The notes under the pieces: model-generated
The model's input: only the letters and a program-made list of their open reading frames with translations
What the model was told of the DNA's origin: nothing
Database searches by the model: none
Source of the DNA: Candidatus Marinacidobacterium sp.
GTDB lineage: Bacteria; Acidobacteriota; Vicinamibacteria; Marinacidobacterales; Marinacidobacteraceae
Length of the DNA: 64,000 nucleotides
NCBI GenBank assembly: GCA_965243415.1
Contig: OZ251549.1
Coordinates: 4,311-68,310, forward strand
Direction: 5' to 3'
Shown: positions 37,605 through 48,088 of the stretch, piece by piece
Layout: every line of letters starts with the position of its first letter
How positions within the stretch are numbered: position 1 is the first letter of the stretch
Made by a program: the position numbers and the translations under genes

Positions 37605-39603
37605 CTCATCTTGGACAGTTTGAAATTGCAAGTAGTTGATGAAAAAGAGGTAAGGAGCCCCGCAGACCGGGCGTGGCACTACAACCCCGCCGCGGGCGGG
37701 GTTCCCCTCAGGCGGCGCTCGGAGTCGGACCGCCTTCCCGGCGCAGCACCGGGGGCAACCGCAGCCGCAGGCTGTGGAACACCTTCGTGGTGACCCCCAC
37801 CGCCGCCGTGCGCGCCACGAAACGCTTCCCGTCCTTCTCGATCACCCCTTCGCACAGGTGGTCGAGGTCCCGGACCACATCGTTCCACTCCGCCTCCACC
37901 CCCGCCGCCCCCAGCCGCCGGAACAGCTCGTGTCGCAGCACCAGCGCCAGGAACGAGCAGAACACATGCCCCCGGATCGCCGCGTCGCTCTGGTGGTAGA
38001 TCGCCCGCGTCTTCAAGTCCGACTTCGTCTTCCGAAAGGTGTGCTCCACCCGCCACAGCTCCTTGTAGCGCAGGGCGGTCTCCGCCGCCGACAGCCCGGC
38101 GTTGGAACGCAGCACGAAGATCCCGTCGTACTTCGCCTCGGCCTCCGCCTTCTCTTCGTCGATCTCGAACCCCCGACCCTCGGGGCGCAGATACCGCGCA
38201 TAGCCCTTGTTCGCCACCAACTGCTTCGGCCCGCTGCGCAGCTTCTCCCTCAGGTCCGCCACCATCTTCGCCCGGGCCTCCCGGTCGCGCCGCGCCTGCG
38301 TTTCGTTCCGGCACACCAGATACCGACGCTCCCCCTTCTCGTCCCGGAGGACCACCTCCTTGACGAACAACGGCTCCCGCTCCCGTTCCGTCCCCGGAGG
38401 CGGAGGCACCTTCTCCCAGGGCCCCGGATCCGCGATCACCTGATCCCGGATCTCCGTCACCGTGCGCATCTTCGCCCCCAGCACATACCGCCAGCCGCGC
38501 CGCTCCAACTCCTTCATGTTCGCCGCGCTCACCATCCCCCGGTCCGCCACCACGCACACCGAACCGATCCCGAAACGCCGGGACAGACGCTCCGCCACCG
38601 GAAGCAGGGTGGTCACATCCGCGGTGTTCCCCGGCCACATCTCCGAGCACAACGGCGTCCCGGTCTGGTCCAGCACCATCCCCAGCACCAGCTGCTTCAA
38701 CTGCGGACGGTGGTCCTTCGAGTGGCCCCGGCGACCCAACTCCTCCCCGCCGGCTCCATGGAAGTACAGCGAAGTGGTGTCGAAGAACACCAGGTCCAGC
38801 CGGGCGAACAGGCCGCGGCGCGCGGCGAACAGCCGCTCTTCGAGGAGATCCTTCGTCGTCCGCTCCCGCCCGTCGGGGTCCTTCTCCCCGCAGGGTTCGC
38901 CCAGCCAGGCCATCGCCCGGTACAGCTGCCGCAGCGCCGGCGGCGCCAGTCCGGCCACCGCGCGGGTGGCGCCCCAGCGCTCCGCCTGCCGGTCCGACCC
39001 GGGCGCGAACAACCGATGCAGCACGCTGAAGAACACCACCCGTTCCAGGTCGAAGCCGAAGCGCCGCCCCGCGGCCAGGGCCGACACCGCTTCCCGGCAG
39101 CCGGTCTCTTCCCAGAGGCGGTTGAACACCAGGCCCGGCCCCACGTGGCGCAGATGGATCTCCGGGTTCTCGGCCCACTCCGCCCGGGCCGCCGAGAGCA
39201 CCAGCGACTGGTCGCAGTGCCGGGCCAGCGAGGCGGTCAGCCGGTCGAGTTGCCCGGACTCCCGCAGTTCGTCCAGCCGTCCCAGGGTGCACAGGACATC
39301 CTGCTTGACCTTCGGGCCTTCGCGGCGGCTCTCGACGATCTGGAGGTACTGGCGGTTGCCGCTCTGCTTGATGCGGGGGTACATGGAGGGGTTCCGGGCC
39401 GGGACAGCACGATCCTACCACACGTCTCACCCGGTATGGCAATGAAATCAATGTGATATCGGAGTATCTAAGCGGGTCCGAATCCATAGGCGTGACACTA
39501 CACGCCGTTCGGGATCGAGCCTCTGCTCGGACCGAACCCCAACAGTCCCAACGACTTGCCCTCCGGCAACGCTCCGAAACGCCAAAACACTGTCCAAGAT
39601 GAG
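37605..39603 (-). mobile_element. IS1634-family insertion sequence (1999 bp)
   Basis: 15-bp terminal IRs CTCATCTTGGACAGT (37605-37619) and ACTGTCCAAGATGAG (39589-39603); 5-bp TSD CCTGA (37600-37604, 39604-39608). Confidence 0.92.
37708..39384 (-). CDS. IS1634-family DDE transposase
   Basis: YLQIVESRR..KVKQ, FFDTTSLYF, GHSKDHRP, PGNTAD, VADRGM, YKELWRVEHTFR. Confidence 0.92.
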   Translation of the reverse strand: MYPRIKQSGNRQYLQIVESRREGPKVKQDVLCTLGRLDELRESGQLDRLTASLARHCDQSLVLSAARAEWAENPEIHLRHVGPGLVFNRLWEETGCREAVSALAAGRRFGFDLERVVFFSVLHRLFAPGSDRQAERWGATRAVAGLAPPALRQLYRAMAWLGEPCGEKDPDGRERTTKDLLEERLFAARRGLFARLDLVFFDTTSLYFHGAGGEELGRRGHSKDHRPQLKQLVLGMVLDQTGTPLCSEMWPGNTADVTTLLPVAERLSRRFGIGSVCVVADRGMVSAANMKELERRGWRYVLGAKMRTVTEIRDQVIADPGPWEKVPPPPGTEREREPLFVKEVVLRDEKGERRYLVCRNETQARRDREARAKMVADLREKLRSGPKQLVANKGYARYLRPEGRGFEIDEEKAEAEAKYDGIFVLRSNAGLSAAETALRYKELWRVEHTFRKTKSDLKTRAIYHQSDAAIRGHVFCSFLALVLRHELFRRLGAAGVEAEWNDVVRDLDHLCEGVIEKDGKRFVARTAAVGVTTKVFHSLRLRLPPVLRREGGPTPSAA

Positions 39604-39604
39604 C

Positions 39605-39712
39605 CTGACCGCCGGTGACTCCTTCCGGGGGGACACCGGGGAACGAACCACCGATGCGGATCGCCTGCGGCGGCGTTTTCGAGAGGCCGCGCGAGTCCTC
39701 TTCGACGACTGA
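39605..39712 (+). pseudogene. 3' remainder of the DUF262 gene
   Basis: Removing the IS and one TSD restores YETL-TAGDSFRGDTGERTTDADRLRRRFREAARVLFDD*. Confidence 0.85.
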
Positions 39713-39730
39713 CGCCCCGGGGGACCGACG

Positions 39731-40228
39731 GTGCGGATCCCGAGAGTCGAGAAGGCACTGGCCGACTGCGACGCGATCCGCTCGTCGTCGCCTTCGTCCG
39801 GGCCCGATGTCCAGGACCTCCTCTCCCGGTCCCTGCTCGTTCTGGTCTATGCGGAGTTCGAGCGCGTGATCCGGACCCAACTCCTCGAACGCTGCACCGG
39901 GATCCCCGACGCCGCGGTCTCGAGGTTCGTGGAGAATTGCGTCGGCAGCGTCTTCCGCAGCCTGGGCATCGGAGCGCTCTCCGGTCTGCTCGGGCGTTTC
40001 GACGAGGAAGCGCGGAAGCATTTCCAGAGCCGAGTCGATCAGGACACGACGAACCACTACGACAGCCTGATCCGGAATCGCAACGCCGTCGCGCACGCCG
40101 AAGGCCCGGCGCCGACCCTGGAAGAAGTCCGGGACTACTACCTCCACGCCCATGTCGTCCTGGACCACTTCCGGGAAGCGCTGTTCCGGGAGCCGAGCGC
40201 CGGAGACCGAGCGAATGAAGACGCCTGA
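39731..40228 (+). CDS. HEPN-domain protein (MAE_28990/RiboL-PSP-HEPN-like putative RNase)
   Basis: Helical protein with LVLVYAEFE and Rx4H motif RNAVAH; directly after DUF262. Confidence 0.75.
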   Translation: MRIPRVEKALADCDAIRSSSPSSGPDVQDLLSRSLLVLVYAEFERVIRTQLLERCTGIPDAAVSRFVENCVGSVFRSLGIGALSGLLGRFDEEARKHFQSRVDQDTTNHYDSLIRNRNAVAHAEGPAPTLEEVRDYYLHAHVVLDHFREALFREPSAGDRANEDA

Positions 40229-42191
40229 CCCGAGACCGCGGGCAGCGGGGTTCCTCCTCGGCGCCCTCCTGCTTCCGACGCTGGCCGTGACGGCGGCGGC
40301 GCAGGACCGCGACACGGGGGACTGGGCGCACTACGCCGCCGACCTGGCATCCACGCGGTATTCGCCGCTGGACCAGATCCATGCCGGGAATGTGGGCGAC
40401 CTGGAGATCCTCTGGCGGTGGACTTCGCGGAACTTCGGGCCGCGGACGGACTGGAACCTGCGGACGACGCCGCTGCTCATCGACGGCGTCCTCTACGCCA
40501 CCGCCGGGGCGCGCCGGGTGGCCGTCGCCATAGACGCCGCCACCGGCGAAACCCTCTGGATGTACCGCCTCGACGAAGGCCGCCGGGGCCGGTCGGCGCC
40601 CCGACAGACCTCCGGGCGCGGGCTGTCGTTCTGGTCCGACGGCGAACGGGCGCGCCTGTTCCTGGTGACGCCCGCGTACCACCTCGTCGCCCTCGACGCG
40701 GAGACCGGGCGGCCGATCCCGAACTTCGGTCTCGACGGCCGGGTGGACCTCCGCCGGGACCTGGGCCGCGAAGTGGATCTCGAACGCGCTCCCATCGGCG
40801 CCGGAGCGCCGCCCACCGTGGTCGGCGGAGTGGTCGTCGTCGGGGCCGCGCTCCCGAGCGGCGGCGCGCCGCCCTCGCCGGAGAATCCGCCCGCGCCGGT
40901 GCGCGGCTACGACGCCCGCACCGGCGAACTGCTCTGGACTTTCCACACCATTCCCCGGCGCGGCGAGTACGGCTGGGAGACCTGGGAAGCGGACAGTTGG
41001 CGATACACCGGCAACGGCGGCGTCTGGACCTGGATGAGCGCCGACCCGGAACTCGGCCTGGTGTACCTGCCGACGGAGGCCGGCACCGGTGACTACTACG
41101 GCGGCCACCGCCTCGGCGACAACCTGTTCACCCAGAGCGTCGTCGCCCTCGACGCCCGCACCGGACAGCGCCGCTGGCACTTCCAGACCGTCCACCACGG
41201 CATCTGGGACTACGACCTCCCCACCGCCCCGGTGCTGCTCGACCTCACCGTCGAGGGACGCGAGATCCCGGCGCTGGCGCAGGTCACGAAACAGGGGTTC
41301 ACCTTCGTCTTCGACCGCCGCACCGGCGAACCGGTCTGGCCCATCGAGGAACGCCCGGTGGCGCAGTCGGAAGTCCCCGGGGAACGCACCGCGCCGACGC
41401 AGCCGTTCCCCACGAAGCCGCCGCCGTTCCAGCGCCAGGGCGTCACGAAGGACGACCTCCTCGACTTCACTCCGGAACTCCGCGCCGAAGCGGAGGAGAT
41501 CGCCGAGCGGTACACCTTCGGCCCGCTCTTCACGCCGCCCACCGTCATCGAAGAAGGCGGCAACCGGGGCACGCTCACCGTTCCCGGCGCGCTCGGCGGC
41601 GCGAACTGGCCCAGCGTCGCCGCCGACCCGGAGACCGGCATCCTCTATGTCTCCTCCGGCCTCGACCTGAATGTGCTGGGACTCGCCCACGACCCGGAGC
41701 GCTCCGCGATGCGCTTCGTGATCGGACGCCGCGCCGACCGCCTGCTCCCCGAAGGCGGGGGCCCGCAGGGGCTGCCGCTGCTGAAGCCGCCGTGGGGCCG
41801 TATCACCGCCATCGACCTGAACCGGGGCGAGATCCTCTGGTGGACGCCGAACGGCGACACCCCCGAGTGGGTGCGCGAGCATCCGGCGCTCGCCGGCGTG
41901 GAACTCGGCCGCACCGGCCAGCGCGACCGAGGAGGCCTCCTGGTCACGAAGACCCTGCTCTTCGCCGGCGAAGGCAGCGGCCTCTTCGCCGCCTACGGCT
42001 CCGGCGGGCCGAGGTTCCGCGCCCACGACAAGGCCACCGGCGCAATCCGGTGGGAGTTCGAGTTGCCGGCGAACCAGTCCGGCACGCCGATGTCCGGACT
42101 CGTCGCCGGCCGGCAGATCATCGTCGTCGCCGTCGGCGCCCGGGACTTCCCCGGCGAGTTCGTGGCGCTCGGCCTCCCGCCCTCGGAATGA
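40215..42191 (+). CDS. PQQ-dependent (quinoprotein glucose-type) dehydrogenase
   Basis: Signal peptide, RYSPLDQI, WHFQTVHHGIWDYD, GGANW, KPPWGRITAIDL. Confidence 0.9.
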   Translation: MKTPDPRPRAAGFLLGALLLPTLAVTAAAQDRDTGDWAHYAADLASTRYSPLDQIHAGNVGDLEILWRWTSRNFGPRTDWNLRTTPLLIDGVLYATAGARRVAVAIDAATGETLWMYRLDEGRRGRSAPRQTSGRGLSFWSDGERARLFLVTPAYHLVALDAETGRPIPNFGLDGRVDLRRDLGREVDLERAPIGAGAPPTVVGGVVVVGAALPSGGAPPSPENPPAPVRGYDARTGELLWTFHTIPRRGEYGWETWEADSWRYTGNGGVWTWMSADPELGLVYLPTEAGTGDYYGGHRLGDNLFTQSVVALDARTGQRRWHFQTVHHGIWDYDLPTAPVLLDLTVEGREIPALAQVTKQGFTFVFDRRTGEPVWPIEERPVAQSEVPGERTAPTQPFPTKPPPFQRQGVTKDDLLDFTPELRAEAEEIAERYTFGPLFTPPTVIEEGGNRGTLTVPGALGGANWPSVAADPETGILYVSSGLDLNVLGLAHDPERSAMRFVIGRRADRLLPEGGGPQGLPLLKPPWGRITAIDLNRGEILWWTPNGDTPEWVREHPALAGVELGRTGQRDRGGLLVTKTLLFAGEGSGLFAAYGSGGPRFRAHDKATGAIRWEFELPANQSGTPMSGLVAGRQIIVVAVGARDFPGEFVALGLPPSE

Positions 42192-42210
42192 ACGCCCCGG
42201 AGAACGCCTC

Positions 42211-42801
42211 ATGACCGCCGCCGAAACGAACCTCACCCGCGCCGAAGCCTGGGCGCACCTCACCGCCTGGTGCGAAACCGAGTCCCTCCGCAAACACGCC
42301 CGCGCCGTGGAGATCGCCATGCGCGCCGCCGCCGGCCGGTACGGCGAACCGGACGCCGACCCGGAGGTCTGGGGCATCGCCGGGATGCTCCACGACGCCG
42401 ACTACGAGAAGTGGCCGGAAGACCATCCGAACCGCATCGTCGCCTGGCTCCGGGAACGAGGCGAAGAGGCGATCGCCTACGCCATCTCCGGCCACTACAC
42501 CCGATGGGGCGTCCCCCTCCGGTCCCCGCTGGACCGGGCGCTCCTGGCCTGCGACGAACTCACCGGCTTCATCGTCGCCTGCTGCCTGGTCCGCCCGGAA
42601 GGGGTTTCGACGCTGACCCCGAAGAGCGTCCGCAAGAAACTCAAGGACAAGGCCTTCGCCGCCAAGGTGGAACGAGCCGAGTGCCTGGCCGGCGCCGACC
42701 TGCTGGGGGTGGAGTTGAACGACCACATCGAATTCCTCATCGCCGCCCTCCGCCCCCACGCCGAAGAACTCGGAATCACCGGCCGCCGTCTCCACGCCTG
42801 A
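42211..42801 (+). CDS. HD-domain (HDIG-like) phosphohydrolase
   Basis: LRKHARAVE, GMLHDADYE, ACDELTG, KKLKDKAFAA. Confidence 0.85.
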   Translation: MTAAETNLTRAEAWAHLTAWCETESLRKHARAVEIAMRAAAGRYGEPDADPEVWGIAGMLHDADYEKWPEDHPNRIVAWLRERGEEAIAYAISGHYTRWGVPLRSPLDRALLACDELTGFIVACCLVRPEGVSTLTPKSVRKKLKDKAFAAKVERAECLAGADLLGVELNDHIEFLIAALRPHAEELGITGRRLHA

Positions 42802-42856
42802 CGGGCGGCGGGCCGGCCGCGCGCCCGCACCCCGTCGCGCCGCGCCGGCGCATTCC

Positions 42857-44209
42857 TCACTCCGGATCGAGCACCCGACCGGCTACCGGGCCGCCGGGCG
42901 ATTTCGGGAGTACGCCGAGGGCCTGGCCCATCCGGCCCTGCCACTCCCGGCTCCCATCCGACAGGTTCTGGTATCGGCCTTGGACCTTCCGGGAGTCCTC
43001 GATCCGCCGCCGTGAGAGAGTGACCACGAATCCCGAAGTCAACTCGAACTTCGGCTCCGGCAATCTCTCGTTCCGACATCCCTCGATCATCCGCCGGATT
43101 CCCGTCCCGGGCTCCTCCATGTACCGCGTCCGGCGCAGGGCCCTCACGATCTCCCGGTTTCGCACGGTGGACGAATGCGCTTCCCGGAGGTTGCTCAAGG
43201 TGAGCGGCGGCAGGAGGCGCCCCGGATTGTAGATCTCGACGCGATCACGGAACACATTCACCTGCGCCCTCGCCTCGCTGGCGTAGTCCCGATGCGCCAC
43301 GGCATTCACGATCGCCTCCAGAACGACCTCCTTCGGGATCTCATACGAGTGGGGCGCCCGACCACTCCCCGACCGACGACCGATTCGCAGTTCGAGCCTG
43401 CTCATGACGAACTCCATCGCCTTCTCGATCAGGTCCATGATCGAGCCGTCGAAGAGGGTGTTCGCCAGCAGGGGCGGGACCGGCCGGGCGCCGTGGAAGT
43501 GCACACACCTGAGGTCAGATGACGGCAGGAAGCGAGCCGGGGAGGCGCCGAACAGGAGAATCGCCGCATTGGTCAGCCGCCCGGCGTCGAGAAGGCCCAG
43601 GCGCCGAACGACGGTCTGCGTCTCGGCATCCGAACCGAGGTGCTCCCGCGTCGCCTTCTTCGCCTGCCGGAGGAATTTCTCCACCGACGCCCGTTCCAGA
43701 TCCGCCAGGTCCGCGCCGGGACACACGCCCTCATCGAGTCTCCCCACCCGCAGCCATCCTTCATCCTGCAGGAAACCGACCATGGCCTCGGACAACGCGG
43801 CACGGAGCGACTCCGGATCCCTGAACTCCGCTCGGACGACCTCCTGCTCCGCCCGGCGAATGAGGGCTTCCATCCGAGGATGACCGGGGGTGCTCTCGCC
43901 GACCTTCACGAAGAGGAGTCGTTTCTTCCCCAACTTCGTCGCGTGATCGAATTCCCTCTCCGTCGGCGACACGTCGTCCCCGACACTCCCGTAGGTCTGT
44001 CCGAACAGGCCGACATAGACATCACACTTCTCGACCTCGGAGAGATACACCGCATCCGGGCGCTGGTCAGTGGCAGGCAGGTTTTCGAAGAGGAACGCCT
44101 CACAGTACCGTCGCAGCAGCGGGTCGCTCCGGAGATGTTCGTCGATCGCCTTCCGCTCCTCGGAGAACTCCTCCTGCGGGCTGCTCACGAACAGCCGAAA
44201 TTCCGCCAC
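42857..44209 (-). CDS. DUF4062 domain fused to an HATPase_c_4 (RecG C-terminal-like) ATP-binding domain
   Basis: LFVSS..ER..CDVYVGLFGQTYG..SPTEREF; EAIVNAVAHRDY, VEIYNPG, YMEEPGTGI. Confidence 0.8.
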   Translation of the reverse strand: MAEFRLFVSSPQEEFSEERKAIDEHLRSDPLLRRYCEAFLFENLPATDQRPDAVYLSEVEKCDVYVGLFGQTYGSVGDDVSPTEREFDHATKLGKKRLLFVKVGESTPGHPRMEALIRRAEQEVVRAEFRDPESLRAALSEAMVGFLQDEGWLRVGRLDEGVCPGADLADLERASVEKFLRQAKKATREHLGSDAETQTVVRRLGLLDAGRLTNAAILLFGASPARFLPSSDLRCVHFHGARPVPPLLANTLFDGSIMDLIEKAMEFVMSRLELRIGRRSGSGRAPHSYEIPKEVVLEAIVNAVAHRDYASEARAQVNVFRDRVEIYNPGRLLPPLTLSNLREAHSSTVRNREIVRALRRTRYMEEPGTGIRRMIEGCRNERLPEPKFELTSGFVVTLSRRRIEDSRKVQGRYQNLSDGSREWQGRMGQALGVLPKSPGGPVAGRVLDPE

Positions 44210-44470
44210 GGTCAGCGCTTCCCGGCCCCGACGCCGTCAACGGCTCCACCTGCGTACATTCCAGACCCTCCCGGAGCGCGGCTCCCCCGCTCACTCGCAG
44301 AGCCGACTCTACCACTCTCTCCCCGGCTCCGGGCGGGGCCTCCTCCGCGCGGCCCCCGCGGCTCCCGTTCAACGCGGGGGCTCCGACGAAATTCGCCGCT
44401 ACCCGAACCGTCGGCCACTCTCGCGCCTCCACGCCGGCCGGGCATCGTCCAGCACTCCTCCGGCCGAGGC

Positions 44471-44704
44471 GGCCCGGGCAGCGGTGGGAGCGATTCGTGG
44501 TCGAGTGCCGGTGCGCCACCGGAGCCAGGAACCTACGGCGCGAAGAGGAGTAGACCGGACAGCGGCCTACCTGGATCGCTGCGGCGCGAAAAGGCCGGGA
44601 AATCGGTCATCTGCGACCGCGGCGGGAAGCGGTCGCGGAACGAGCACTTCTACCGGCGCGAAGCGGGAGACCGACGCCGCGCGGATCACGATCCGGGGGG
44701 TGCG
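44471..44704 (+). pseudogene. Frameshifted relic of the 3' end of an AAA-ATPase/PD-(D/E)XK paralog
   Basis: GAGCGATTCGTGGTCGAGTGC..GCGGCCTACCTGGATCGCTGCGGCGCGAA..GTCATCTGCGACCGC matches the C-terminus of the downstream genes. Confidence 0.75.
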
Positions 44705-44768
44705 GCGGCGCGGGAGACGCCGGGGCGTCCGGGCTCTCCCGCCAACCCCGGGACCGGAGGGAGCGATA

Positions 44769-46355
44769 ATGGCCCCGATGCGCTTCTTCAACACCGCCGG
44801 GCCGGTGGTTCCGGAGGACCACTACCTGGTGCCGCCACTGGAGCGGATGGATTTCGACGGGATCCTCTCCCTGATGCAGCAGAAGAAGTACTTCGTCCTC
44901 CACGCGCCCCGACAGACCGGCAAGACGACGGCGCTGCTGGCCGTGCGGGACCGGCTGAACGAGGGCGCCGCCGGCAACTTCCGCTGCGTCTATGCGAACC
45001 TGGAGATCGGGCAGGCCGCCCGGGAGGACACCGGGCGGGCGATGCGGGCGATCCTGGCCGAGATCGCGGAACGCGCCTCGCTCCTCGGGGACCCCTTCCC
45101 GCACACGGTGATCGAGGAGGGTCTGGCCACCGCCGGCCCGGACGGGGCGCTCGCGATCCTGCTCAGCCGCTGGGCCGGCGCCGACCCGCGTCCGCTGGTG
45201 CTGCTGCTGGACGAAGTGGACGCGCTCGTCGGGGACACGCTGGTGTCGTTCCTTCGCCAGTTGCGAGCGGGCTACGACCAACGACCGCGGGGCTTCCCCC
45301 AGAGCGTGGCGCTCTGCGGGTTGCGGGATGTTCGGGACTACCGGATGCACCTGGACCCGGGGAAGCAGGTCGTCGCCGGCGGCAGCCCGTTCAACATCCT
45401 GGCCGAGTCCCTGCGGCTCGGAGATTTCACCGAGACGGAGACCCGCGCCCTGCTGGCGCAGCACACCGAGGAGACCGGACAGTGCTTCGAACCGGAAGCG
45501 GTGGAAGCGGTGTGGGAACAGACGCTCGGCCAGCCCTGGCTGGTGAACGCGCTCGCTTACGAAGCGTGTTTCGAGAACCGGGCCGGGCGCGACCGGAGCC
45601 GGGCGATCACGGCGGACGCGATCCTGGACGCGCGGGAGGCTCTCATCCGGCGCCGCGAAACCCACCTCGACCAACTCGGCGACAAACTGCGGGAGGATCG
45701 CGTGCATCGGGTCATCGAACCCCTGCTGAGCGGCGCCAGCGTCGACGACTCCACCGAACGCGATGTCGAGTATGCGCGCGACCTCGGCCTGATCACCCGC
45801 GACGATCCGGTGCGCGTGGCGAACCCGATCTACCGGGAAGTGATTCCGCGGGAACTGACCCGGCGGGTGCAGTCGAAGTTGACGCAGGACACGGAGTGGT
45901 ACATCGCCGACGATGGCGGACTCGATGTGCCGGAGATGCTGTCCCGATTCCAGGAGTACTTCCGGGAGCACTCGGAGCACTGGATCGAGCGGTTCGCCTA
46001 CCGGGAGGCGGGCGCCCAGCTGCTCCTGCATGCCTTCGTGCAGCGCGTGGTGAACGGCGGGGGCCGTATCGAGCGGGAGTACGGAATCGGCCGGGGGCGC
46101 ACCGACATCCTGCTGATGTGGCCCCGGGGCGGGCGCTGGGAGCGGTTCGTGGTCGAATGCAAGTTGCGCCACGGGAGCCGGAAGACGACCGAGCAGAAGG
46201 GTCTCGAACAGACGGCGGCGTACATGGATCGGTGCGGCGCGAAGGCCGGGCACCTGGTCATCTTCGACCGCAGCGAGAAGCGGTCGTGGAAGGAGAAGAT
46301 CTACCGGCGCGAAACGGAAGTCTCCGGCGCGCCGATCACCATCTGGGGGATGTAG
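44769..46355 (+). CDS. AAA-like ATPase with C-terminal PD-(D/E)XK nuclease, copy 1
   Basis: FFNTAGP, Walker A APRQTGKT, Walker B LLLDEVD, EREY..RTD..VVECK. Confidence 0.85.
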   Translation: MAPMRFFNTAGPVVPEDHYLVPPLERMDFDGILSLMQQKKYFVLHAPRQTGKTTALLAVRDRLNEGAAGNFRCVYANLEIGQAAREDTGRAMRAILAEIAERASLLGDPFPHTVIEEGLATAGPDGALAILLSRWAGADPRPLVLLLDEVDALVGDTLVSFLRQLRAGYDQRPRGFPQSVALCGLRDVRDYRMHLDPGKQVVAGGSPFNILAESLRLGDFTETETRALLAQHTEETGQCFEPEAVEAVWEQTLGQPWLVNALAYEACFENRAGRDRSRAITADAILDAREALIRRRETHLDQLGDKLREDRVHRVIEPLLSGASVDDSTERDVEYARDLGLITRDDPVRVANPIYREVIPRELTRRVQSKLTQDTEWYIADDGGLDVPEMLSRFQEYFREHSEHWIERFAYREAGAQLLLHAFVQRVVNGGGRIEREYGIGRGRTDILLMWPRGGRWERFVVECKLRHGSRKTTEQKGLEQTAAYMDRCGAKAGHLVIFDRSEKRSWKEKIYRRETEVSGAPITIWGM

Positions 46356-46428
46356 CCCCCGGAGGCGCGACCCCCGGAGGCCGACACCGATCCGCCGGCC
46401 GGCCACGAACAGACACCGGGGAGCGATA

Positions 46429-48015
46429 ATGGCGCCGATGCGCTTCTTCAACACCGCCGGGCCGGTGGTTCCGGAGGACCACTACCTGGTGCCGCCGCTG
46501 GAACGGATGGATCTCGACGGGATCCTCTCCCTGGTGCAGCAGAAGAAGTACTTCGTTCTCCACGCGCCCCGGCAGACCGGCAAGACGACGGCGCTGCTGG
46601 CACTGCGGGATCAACTGAACGCAGGGGCCGTCGGCCCCCTCTTCTGCGTGTACGCGAACATCGAGGCCGGTCAGGCGCTGCGGGAGAACCTCGACCTCGC
46701 CATGCGGGCGATCCTCGCCCGGATCGCGGCCGGGGCGCGCCGGCTGGGGGACGACTCCCTGGGCAAAATCTCCCGGCAGGCTTTCGCCGACGCGGGGCCG
46801 GGCGGAGTGGTCACCGAGACTCTGAACCGATGGTGCGAGTCGTCCTCACGACCGGTGGTGCTGCTGCTGGACGAAGTGGACGCGCTCGTCGGGGACACCC
46901 TGGTGTCGTTCCTCCGTCAGTTGCGCGCCGGCTACGACGAACGTCCACGGGGCTTTCCCCAGAGCGTGGCGCTCTGCGGACTCCGGGATGTTCGGGACTA
47001 CCGGATGCACCTGGAGCCGGGGAAGCAGATCATCGCCGGCGGCAGCCCGTTCAACATCCGGGCCGAGTCCCTGCGTCTCGGAGACTTCACCGAGACGGAG
47101 ACGCGCGCCCTGCTGGCGCAGCACACCGAGGAGACCGGACAGCGCTTCGAACCGGAAGCGGTGGAGGCGGTGTGGGAACAGACGCTCGGCCAGCCGTGGC
47201 TGGTGAACGCCTTGGCCTACCAAGCGTGTTTCCGCGACCGGGCCGGCCGCGACCGCCGCCGGGCGATCACGGTGGACGCGATCCTGGACGCTCGGGAATC
47301 CCTCATCCTGCGCCGCGAGACCCACCTCGACCAACTCGGCGACAAACTGCGCGAGGATCGCGTGCATCGGGTCATCGAACCGTTGCTGAGCGGCGCCAGC
47401 GTCGACGACTCCACCGAACGCGATGTGGAATATGCGCGCGACCTCGGCCTGATCACCCGCGACGATCCCGTGCGCGTGGCGAACCCGATCTACCGGGAAG
47501 TGATTCCCCGGGAACTCACGCGCCGGGTGCAGTCGAAGTTGACGCAGGACACGGAGTGGTACGTCGCCGACGACGGCGGACTCGATGTTCCGGAGATGCT
47601 GTCCCGATTCCAGGAGTTCTTCCGGGAGCACTCGGAGCACTGGATCGAGCGGTTCGCCTACCAAGAGGCCGGCGCCCAACTCCTGCTGCAGGCCTTCCTG
47701 CAGCGGGTCGTGAACGGCGGGGGCCGTATCGAGCGGGAGTACGGGCTGGGCCGGGGGCGCACGGACCTCCTGCTGATGTGGCCCCGGGGCGGGCGCTGGG
47801 AGCGATTCGTGGTCGAATGCAAGTTGCGCCACGGGAGCCGGAAGACGACCGAGCAGAAGGGTCTCGAACAGACGGCGGCGTACATGGACCGTTGCGGCGC
47901 GAAGGCCGGGCACCTGGTCATCTTCGACCGCAGCGAGAAGCGGTCGTGGAAGGAGAAGATCTACCGGCGCGAAACGGAAGTCTCCGGCGCGCCGATCACC
48001 ATCTGGGGGATGTAG
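46429..48015 (+). CDS. AAA-like ATPase with PD-(D/E)XK nuclease, copy 2
   Basis: Same motifs; 1660-bp period. Confidence 0.85.
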   Translation: MAPMRFFNTAGPVVPEDHYLVPPLERMDLDGILSLVQQKKYFVLHAPRQTGKTTALLALRDQLNAGAVGPLFCVYANIEAGQALRENLDLAMRAILARIAAGARRLGDDSLGKISRQAFADAGPGGVVTETLNRWCESSSRPVVLLLDEVDALVGDTLVSFLRQLRAGYDERPRGFPQSVALCGLRDVRDYRMHLEPGKQIIAGGSPFNIRAESLRLGDFTETETRALLAQHTEETGQRFEPEAVEAVWEQTLGQPWLVNALAYQACFRDRAGRDRRRAITVDAILDARESLILRRETHLDQLGDKLREDRVHRVIEPLLSGASVDDSTERDVEYARDLGLITRDDPVRVANPIYREVIPRELTRRVQSKLTQDTEWYVADDGGLDVPEMLSRFQEFFREHSEHWIERFAYQEAGAQLLLQAFLQRVVNGGGRIEREYGLGRGRTDLLLMWPRGGRWERFVVECKLRHGSRKTTEQKGLEQTAAYMDRCGAKAGHLVIFDRSEKRSWKEKIYRRETEVSGAPITIWGM

Positions 48016-48088
48016 CCCCCGGAGGCGCGACCCCCGGAGGCCGACACCGATCCGCCGGCCGGCCACGAACAGACACCGGGGAGCGATA

